Origin: Octopus vulgaris
Taxonomy: Eukaryota
Assembly: GCA_951406725.2 (NCBI GenBank)
Contig: OX597827.1
Location: 13,392,001-13,456,000 of the forward strand
DNA: 64,000 bases
Direction of reading: 5' to 3'
Part shown: in pieces, positions 55,440 through 64,000 of the stretch
How the letters are laid out: each line of letters begins with the position of its first letter
Numbering within the stretch: the stretch's first letter is position 1
Made by a program: the position numbers and the translations under genes
Notes under the pieces: generated by a model
Database searches by the model: none
What the model saw: only the letters and a program-made list of their open reading frames with translations
Told to the model about the DNA's origin: nothing

Positions 55440-55840
55440 ATATGTTACAATTACTCAATAGTCAAGATAAAACTCTGAGTTTCAGATGCCGAAGTGGAAA
55501 TCCACATCACCATCTCTTCGGTTATCTGGCCATCTGAAAAACGCTATGGTCCACGAGCGCACATGTGAGCATATGACTAGCCATGTTTACGTGTTTACTA
55601 TGAACTTTTAGAATTATAACACAGTAATTTCCCTTTATATAACGGTATTTTTTCATAGCGTTTTTCAGATGGCCAGATAACCGAAGAGATGGTGTTGTGG
55701 ATTTCCACTTCACCATCTGAAACTCAGAGTTTTATCTTGACTATTGAGTAATTGTAACATATTATTTTACAGATAAATTTCCTCTATTTATATAATATTG
55801 AGGTCTCTTTCTTTCTTTTGTTATCTTACCGTTTTTACCA
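55433..55840 (+). mobile_element. TA-flanked element with 116-bp inverted arms, each with a hammerhead
   Basis: Arms 55433-55548 / 55654-55769. Confidence 0.85.
55675..55737 (+). ncRNA. type I hammerhead motif (mirror 55465-55527, minus)
   Basis: agataa CCGAAGA gatggtg-ttgtggatttccactt-caccatc t GAAA ctc-a-gag TT ttatct. Confidence 0.75.
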
Positions 55841-55900
<60 letters not shown>

Positions 55901-56429
55901 CAGGCTTCTGCATACTTCACATTGTCCAAATTTACTCACAAGACATTGGTCACTCTGGGGCTATAGTAGACAACATTTGCCCAAGATGCAATGCAGTAAG
56001 ACTGAACCTAAAACCATGTGGTTGCAGAGCAAACGTCTTAACCCTACAGCCATGCCTGTGCCTAATGTGAACAATAAATTCTTTGGTTTTTAAGGTGACA
56101 ATAACAAGGGAAGAACAACATAGAATCTGTTCATTATAGAAAGTGTTTGAAGTAAGAATGTTATTGTGGATAGAGGGAGTTGGATCACTGCAGTTCAATT
56201 TGTTATTTGATCTAGTTCTATTTTCATAAGAAAATGAAAGAAAAACCTGGAAGTAATTTCCTTCTAGACAAAGATATGACAACAGAAGCATGAAGACTGC
56301 AGCATACTCTCATATATCCTGGAATACCCCACACATTCTCTTGTAGTATATGGGAGGCTTCAAATAACTGCTGAAATCAATTTTGTCAGATTGTATCATA
56401 ATACTTGGGATCCCTGTTTGACAGCTCTA

Positions 56430-57046
56430 CGTTTGCATGCATGTATGTATGTACATACATATGTATGTATATATGTATTAATATATGTATGTATATATAT
56501 GCATATGGTGTATGCATATGCATATATATGTATGTTTGTATACACACACACATGTATATGTATTTGCATTTGAATATGTGTATGCATGTATCTACATACA
56601 TATACATGTATGTATGTATGTATGTATGTATGTATGTATGTATGTATGTATGTATGTATGTATGTATTAATATATGTATGTATCTACATACATATACATG
56701 TATGTATGTATGAATGTATGTATGTATTAATATATGTATGTATATGCATATGGTGTATGCATATGCATATGTATATGTATGTTTGTATACACACACATGT
56801 ATATGTATTTGCATTTGAATATATGTATCTATGTATCTACATATACATGTATGTATGTTTGTATGTATGTATGTATGTATGTATGTATGCATACATGTAT
56901 GCATGCATGTGTATGTATTTATGTATGCATGTCTCTATGCATGCATTTATGTATATGTCTGTATGCATGCATTTATTTATACATGTATGCATTTATGTAT
57001 ACATGTCCGTATGTATGTATGGATGTATGCATGTTTGTATGTATGC
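56430..57046. repeat. (TATG)n-rich compound microsatellite with internal higher-order duplication
   Basis: The block gcatatggtgtatgcatatgc...gtatttgcatttgaatat occurs at about 56500 and about 56745. Confidence 0.85.
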
Positions 57047-57705
57047 CTTCAATAAGTCAGTAAAGGCAGTAAAACTTCACCTAAACCATGAAAAAAAACC
57101 ATACCTTTGCTTTATAGAAAATGTTAAGCTTGATATCATCAAGTACAGTCCATATATGAAGTATTATCATTTATGGTACAAATATTTTAATATTTCTCAG
57201 CCTTAAGTTTTCATACAAATAAGGTTTCTATGGAAATCCTATACAATTCTCAAAGACTGCAGATATATTCAAACTTAATCCTTCATTTCTTACTCGTCTT
57301 TGAATATATTGATCTATTTTTCCACAAAAAAATCCATCCTGTCAATATATGCTATTAATACCTTTTGCTATTATTTCTGTTAAAATGAGGAGGATGGGTT
57401 TGAAGAATTGCTCCAGCATCAATCAAAAATGCCTCATGGTATTTAGCTGTACCATTTTGCATTCTGAATATATTTTGCTTTTTTTTATCTTTTGGGGCTT
57501 ACTCAAAAATAAATCAGTCAAACTCTTAGTGTAAATTTTGTGTGTATTACTACCTCCACACAAAATAACATTTGGCTTTTCATTTCTGTTAGAATCCAGA
57601 TGGATGAATAGAATTGGCAGAGAACCATGCCTTGTAGTATTTAGCTATGATTTATTATGCTCTGATTGTAAAACCTGCCAAATTCAGCTGTGCTTTCCAT
57701 CTTCC

Positions 57706-57982
57706 AAGCTCCATGAGGCTCCAGCAGGGGATGGTGGTGATCCCTGCTGTACTCTTTCACCACAACTTTCTCTCACTCTTACTTCCTGTTTCCGTTGTAC
57801 CTGTATTTCAAGGGGCCCGGCCTTGTCACTCTCTGTGTCACGCTGAATATCCCCGAGAACTGCGTTAAGGGTACACGTGTCTGTAGAGTGCTCAGCCACT
57901 TACACGTTAATTTCACGAGCAGGCTGTTCCGTTGATTGGATCAACCGGAACCCTCGTCGTCGTAACCGACGGAGTGCTTCCA
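57706..57982 (+). mobile_element. family C SINE, headless
   Basis: Reverse complement of 29544-29820. Confidence 0.85.
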
Positions 57983-58257
57983 TATTTAAGTATTATTTCT
58001 TAAAAGCATCAGTAGGAGGCTAGCATTCTCATAAGATAAAATCACGACATTGATATCGTAGGTCATAGCCTCTCTTTTTGTTGCTAAATAGCTGCTGATC
58101 TCAAATTTCAAAATTTATATTGCTGCATAAGAGACCTTCTGCAATTTTAAAACATAATACGTTGTTAACCTTCACCAATATCTAGTTTTAGACATAATCT
58201 CAAAGTACAAGAAAGGCTACAACTATGTTGCAGCTGATTGATTGATTGACCCCAAAA

Positions 58258-58758
58258 TCATCATCATCATCATCGTTTAACATCCGCTTTCCATGCTAAC
58301 ATGAGTTGGACGGTTCAACTGGGGTCTGGAAAGCCAGGCGGCTGCACCAGGCCCAGTCTAATCTGGCAATGTTTCTACGGCTGGATGCCCTTCCTAATGC
58401 CAACCACTCCGTGAGTGTTGTGGGTGCTTTTACATGCCTCTGGCACAGGTGCCAGACGAGGCTGGCAATGGCCATGATCGGATGGTGCTTTTTATGTGCC
58501 ACCAGCACGAGGCCAGTCGGGGCAGTGCTGGCAATGGCCATGATCGGATGGTGCTTTTTACGTGCCACCAGCACAAGGCCAGTCAGGGCAGTGCTGGCAA
58601 CGGCCACGATCGGATGGTGCTTTTTACGTGCCACCAGCACAAGGCCAGTCGGGGCGGTGCTGGCAACGGCCAAGTTCGGATGGTTTTCTTACATACCACT
58701 GGCACTGGTATCACAGCTGCAATTTCCATTGATGTTGATCGATTTTGATTTCGATTTT
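58258..58758 (-). mobile_element. family B element with ~63-bp tandem units
   Basis: Unit gctggcaaYggccaYgatcggatggtgctttttaYgtgccaccagcacRaggccagtcRgggcRgt repeated about 3.5 times. Confidence 0.85.
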
Positions 58759-59977
58759 ACCAAAGATGGTTAAAAACCATGATTTCATTGTTGCTGGCTT
58801 CAGTCATGTTTTTTGTCATTCAGCTGTTTAATATAAATGTTTACTTGAAGCTAATATAAGATTTGTATTGTAAATGATAATAGCTTTCAGTTCCAGCTGT
58901 GCTTAAAAATTTAGTTATAATATAAACTAGCATAGAATCTCATACCATGCTGACCTTTGTGCAGCTCTGCAGTCTGATTGTTATAACCTCTCATAAACTA
59001 GTTTACATAGTCAATTGGCAACCTATTAGAAAGATACAAAATGAATAAAGCATGACAGATAGTAGATGACAATAAACAAACAGCTCTACCTCATTTATGT
59101 TGACCTGAAAAAATAGCTTCCCACAAATATCTATTATTTACAGGCTAATGGTTGGTGAGGAAGATACATATGACTAAGGAGTAATGGGAAGGCTTTGGAG
59201 ACAACATATTAGAGAGATAAAAGTAGATATATAATTGGCAATGAATTCAGTAATATGTTTAGAATACATCAAAGTGTATTTTTGTGACTCTCTTTTTCCA
59301 TTGTAATCATGTTTAAAATTTTTCATTGTTTAATCAAGGGAAGAATAGTGCTCATGGACTTCTTCAGGGCCTCCGTGACTTATGGCAGGAAGAGAAATTG
59401 CTATCCTCAAATCAGTGAACTGACCTGGATGCTTGCAAGAGAGGGAATTTTGCTAAAGGTTTCTAAGGGCTAGATGATGGTGTTGAACCAAGCAACAGAC
59501 TGAATCTGTTATGCAAGAACATGAAAATGGTCTCACACTCAGATTTCCTCTCACATCTTCTGCCAATTAAATTTCACTCTCAAAGTTTTGTTTCATCTGA
59601 AGCTATGGTAAAAAAAACACTTTACATGCTAAGAACCAAACTCTATGTAAATGCAAAGCAAATTCCTTCACAAAAATGTTCTGTGTGAAATTACACCTGC
59701 TGAAGTGTTAACTTGGGCTCCCAATTCCTAATAGAGTCACTGGACATTTTTAGATTCGACCATCCCTAGGTCTAACCACAACAAACTCCTTCAAGAGAGA
59801 ATGTATGTGTGTATGCATGTGTGTGTGTGTGTACGTGTACATGCGTGTGAGAGAGAGAGAGAAAGAATGAGTGAGAGAGAAGCAGACAGATAGAGAGACA
59901 CAGGGGCAGACAGATAAAAGAGAAATAGAGAAAAATCAACCCCTAATTCAGAACTAATATTTTACTCAATTCTATAT

Positions 59978-60225
59978 TTAAGAGATGAGCAATTATGTAC
60001 ATTATTTACATTTGACGGATATTTGTCCTCATCTTGTTTGTTGTTAACACAACGTTTCAGCTGATATACCCTCCAGCCATCATCAGGTGTCTTGGGGAAA
60101 TTTCGAACCTGGGTTCCCATTCCTAAGGTATTTTTCGAAGGCTGGAGGGTATATCAGCCGAAACGTCGTGTTAATAACAAACAAGATGAGGATAAATATC
60201 TGTCAAATGTAAATAATGTAAAAAA
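59978..60225. mobile_element. inverted pair of hammerhead-SINE 3' ends
   Basis: Full motif on minus at 60046-60091 (gacac CTGATGA t ggctg..cagct GAAA cg TT gtgtt). Partial plus copy from 60138 with GAAACGTC. Confidence 0.8.
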
Positions 60226-60767
60226 TGTAATATTTTATTTATCAACCCTGAAAGGATGACAAGCAAAGTTGACCTCAGTGATATTTGAACTCAAAGTACA
60301 GGGATCCAGTAAAAATACCACCAGGCATTCCATCCAACGATCTAATGATTCAGTCAGCGTGCCATCTTATGTAGAAATGGTTTTAAACCAACAACCAGAC
60401 CATTCCAAATTAAATCATAAGGTATTACTTTAAGTTCGAAGTTTTTTGAAGCCAAATATCTCTGAAGGTGAACAAAATCAAGGTCCTCATTAGTAGTAGG
60501 AGTCTATGTAGTTCAAAAGATTTGTAGAGATGGCTACATTCAATTTACAGGAAAGGAGCAATATGAAACTTGTAATATTATGTAGCCTGTGAAATGAACG
60601 GTTTCACAGAAGATGCACTAAAATTTTAGAGAGTTTGGCAACGAATCAAGAAGTTAAGTGCATCAAATGTACTTCAGAGTAAGCAGTTAAGAGCTTTTCA
60701 ATTCTTTAACTATTTTGTTTTATTACTTTTGAACATCTATCAGACACCGTAAATTTCTCTCTTTCTT

Positions 60768-60998
60768 TTTTACTCTTTTACTTGCTTCAGTCATTCGACT
60801 GCAGCCATGCTGGAGCACCGCCTTTAGTCGAGCAAATCGACCCCGGAACTTATTCTTTGTAAGCCCAGTACTTATTCTATCAGTCTCTTTTTGCCGAACC
60901 GCTAAGTGACGGGGATGTAAACACACCAACATCGGTTGTCAAGCAATGCTAGGGGGACAAACACAGACACACAAACACACATACATATATATATATAC

Positions 60999-61049
<51 letters not shown>

Positions 61050-61100
61050 ACAGGCTTCTTTCAGTTTCCGTCTACCAAATCCACTCACAAGGCATTGGTC
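60768..61100 (-). mobile_element. family A SINE, 5' truncated
   Basis: Matches the family consensus. Confidence 0.9.
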
Positions 61101-61427
61101 TATTTATAAAAAATGAAAGTTTAGTACATCTTATGAAGCTTCTGGATTGTTATATACCAAAATACCCAACTGATTTCAATAGTTAACTGACACTAAATGA
61201 ATGAATTCTTGTGGAATGCTTATAGTCTAGAGAATGGCTATGAGATGGGATCTAATGTATGTAATATAGTAAATTACAAAAATTTTATTCATGAATATAT
61301 GTTCTAGAATTGTCTATGACATGTTTCAGTTTTTCTAAAATTGAATAAAACAATATTGAACACATACGTACTTGTACACGATGAACAAAATGAATAATAA
61401 TAATAACAGTAATAATAATAATAATAA

Positions 61428-61594
61428 CTACACTCATGGAGTGGTTGGCGTTAGGAAGGGCATCCAGCTGTAGAAACACTGCCAGATCAGACTGGGCCTG
61501 GTGCAGCCTTCTGGCTTCCCAGACCCCAGTTGAACCGTCCAACCCATGCTAGCATGGAAAGCGGACGTTAAATGATGATGATGATGATGATGAT
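61428..61594 (+). mobile_element. family B element 3' end
   Basis: (GAT)n tail. Confidence 0.85.
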
Positions 61595-61625
61595 TCCATT
61601 TGTAGGCAACTCTCTCGCAAGGATC

Positions 61626-61853
61626 TTAACCCTTTGGTTACCAACCCGGCTGAAACCGGCTCTGGCTCTTTAGTATAAATGTTTTGTTTCCATAAGTTTT
61701 GAATTCAAATCTTCCACCAAACTTAGTGACAATTTATGTTCCTAACACTAGCTCAATGATAACGATGTTATTTTACTAAATTCTTTGTTATATTTAAAAT
61801 AATTGGAAGAAACACGGAGCATCTCAAGATAAATACAGTAATGAAAGGGTTAA
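61626..61853 (+). mobile_element. piggyBac-like MITE
   Basis: TTAA|CCCTTT....AAAGGG|TTAA termini, with three other copies in the window. Confidence 0.8.
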
Positions 61854-63492
61854 GAAGCTTGCCTTGTAAACACATGGCTCTGGGTCCAGTCTCATTGCAT
61901 GGCACCTTGGACAAATGTTTTCTACTATAGCCTTGGACCATCTAATGTCTTGTAAGTAATTATGATAGACAGAAACTGTGTGGAAGCCTGTTGTAAATAC
62001 GTCTGTCTGTCTGTGTGCATGTGTGTGTGTGTATGTATGTGTGTGCATGCATGCTGTTGTGTGTGTTTGTGTATATGTGACTCGGTGTTTATGTTGTATT
62101 TGTCTCCTCTCTACCACTTCATGGGCAATTAAGCACCAGGCTAAAAATAAATATTGGGGTCAATTAGTTTGACTAAAATCCTTGAAGCCAGTGCCCCAGA
62201 TGTACTGCAGTCCAAATGACTGATAAAGTAATATATAAAAGATAAAGCTAAATCTCCCTATAGTGTTTAAAATCTAAAAATGAATTTTAACATACTCCAA
62301 AAGGAAGAGTTGATATTTGCATCCTAATTGTGCGAATAAATCCACTTCACACAAGTTTCTCCACTCACAGTATTACATGAATGAAATCCTAATGTATGCA
62401 CATTCTTCAGAGATGCTGTCCCTTAGCCATATTGTGAAATAGTTATCTTGCTAATTAAAGCAAGATTAATTAAAGACAGCAGAAATTTTTAGTGCTGTTC
62501 AGTGCTGGCACATATCAATACAGAACTTATTTGTTCTCTCTGTCTCCTATCTCTATCAACACCAGTCATAGCATTTTAATTATATCTCTACGCATTTATG
62601 GCATACTTCTAATATCTTGGAAGCATCATTAGAAAAGAGGTAGGATCCTCTTGATAACGGTATTTCTGGTTAGCTGTATTAAATCTAATGTAGACATGCT
62701 GATCCAATGAGGTCAATATAAAATGGGCGGGCTCTCTTGAATGCTTTTACAGCTATCAGTATTACTTCTGAAGTCATGGGGAAATTAAATTTTGCATTAA
62801 GTTGATGCTGCTAAATTCAACCAATCAGCTAGAATCTAATTAAATCCTTTGTTAAAACGATGCTGTTGATTGTCATTCTATAATCACTTAATTATTACCT
62901 TTTAAGTTCATTACCTTCATATTTCACTAGTAGACCCATTAATGCCAGTTGGATATTTCCATTTTTCTAGCCAATACTAATATTTAACCTGTGGTACATT
63001 CTCATTCATTTCCATGTCTAATTCCATCGAATACACCAGACCATGACTTTATTTCTCTCCGCTGCATACACCACCACTCTAACTTCAGCGTTCCATTCCA
63101 ATCATGACTCCCTCCCAGCTAAGATCTTAAATTTACTTCTCTCAACAATAACAACTAATGCACAGCACAGTCATGGTTCTGATCTGGAAACTACTGAACT
63201 GAATAGAATCGTGATTGGGATGTAGTTTCTATAATAACGCAGTAATGAACTAAACATTACAAAAAAAACCCAAAAAAAAACAACAACATTACTTTGCTTT
63301 TTCCTTTTATTCCTTAGAAATATACCTCCAGGCCCAAAACATTAAACTGTTAATGAAGATATATACATAAGAATAGCAATGCATGATAGTAGTTAATCAT
63401 AAAACACCATTATGTCATTACTAACACAAAGAACTAACTTTGAATACTTTTAACACTGACATTAAAATTTCTTAATGCTTATATCATTGTAA

Positions 63493-63993
63493 CTAGCAGT
63501 ATCGCCCGGCGTTGCTCGGGTTTGTAAGGGAAATAACTATATAAGCATTTTTAGAGAGTTATAACCAAAAAATAGCAAAAAAATGCATTAAAAATGGAAA
63601 AAAAATGATGGTAAATTTTTTTTTAAATCGTTGACTCATCGTAGACATTTTTAGAGAGTTACTTCCCTTATATAATAGCGAAAAAAATGCATTAAAATGG
63701 AAAAAAATTATGGTAATTTTTTTTTAAATCGTTGACTCATCGTAGACATTTTTAGAGAGTTACTTCCCTTATATAATAGCGAAAAAAATACATTAAAAAT
63801 GGGAAAAAATGATGGTAAATTTTTTTTAAAATTGTAGACTCATCGTAGACGCGTGTTAATACCCAGAAGGGCTCGATATGAATCACGACTATAAGATACC
63901 CGGTTTTGGTTAAACTGCACCGCAAAATGTGTGAGTAGTTAGGAATCTAAATCGTAGGAGACAGACACACAACTTGACTTTTATATATAAAGA
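63493..63993 (-). mobile_element. non-autonomous Helitron
   Basis: Minus strand A|TC...CTAG|T, subterminal hairpin cccgagcaacgccggg (63505-63520), internal ~100-bp tandem repeats. Confidence 0.85.
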
Positions 63994-64000
63994 TTATGGC

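Noticed and set aside
58430-58710. CRISPR-like repeat array
   Set aside because: Units are whole tandem duplicates without unique spacers, lie inside a dispersed eukaryotic repeat, and no cas genes are present.

Overview
AT-rich, microsatellite-dense eukaryotic non-coding DNA. The repeat content points to an octopus or related cephalopod genome (inference). No host protein-coding gene can be supported, and nearly all ORF-track entries are translations of (TA)n/(CA)n or SINE sequence. The window holds many copies of three tRNA-derived SINE families and a (GAT)n-tailed element, decayed LINE pieces (CR1-like, RTE), mariner and DD37D (maT) transposase relics, TTAA-flanked MITEs and a non-autonomous Helitron. 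The main unexplained signal is a set of short non-coding elements from several unrelated families, mostly inserted in (TA)n tracts, with outward-facing inverted or direct terminal repeats. They carry minimal type I hammerhead ribozyme folds (about 15 motifs in 64 kb) with very short, often palindromic stem III. Some have compensatory changes at the core 3:8 pair (C-G, U-A, G-C), and one family has a tRNA-SINE head fused to a hammerhead tail. This looks like a diverse Penelope-like (PLE)/retrozyme system of non-autonomous self-cleaving retroelements. All folds were read by eye and cleavage activity is untested.
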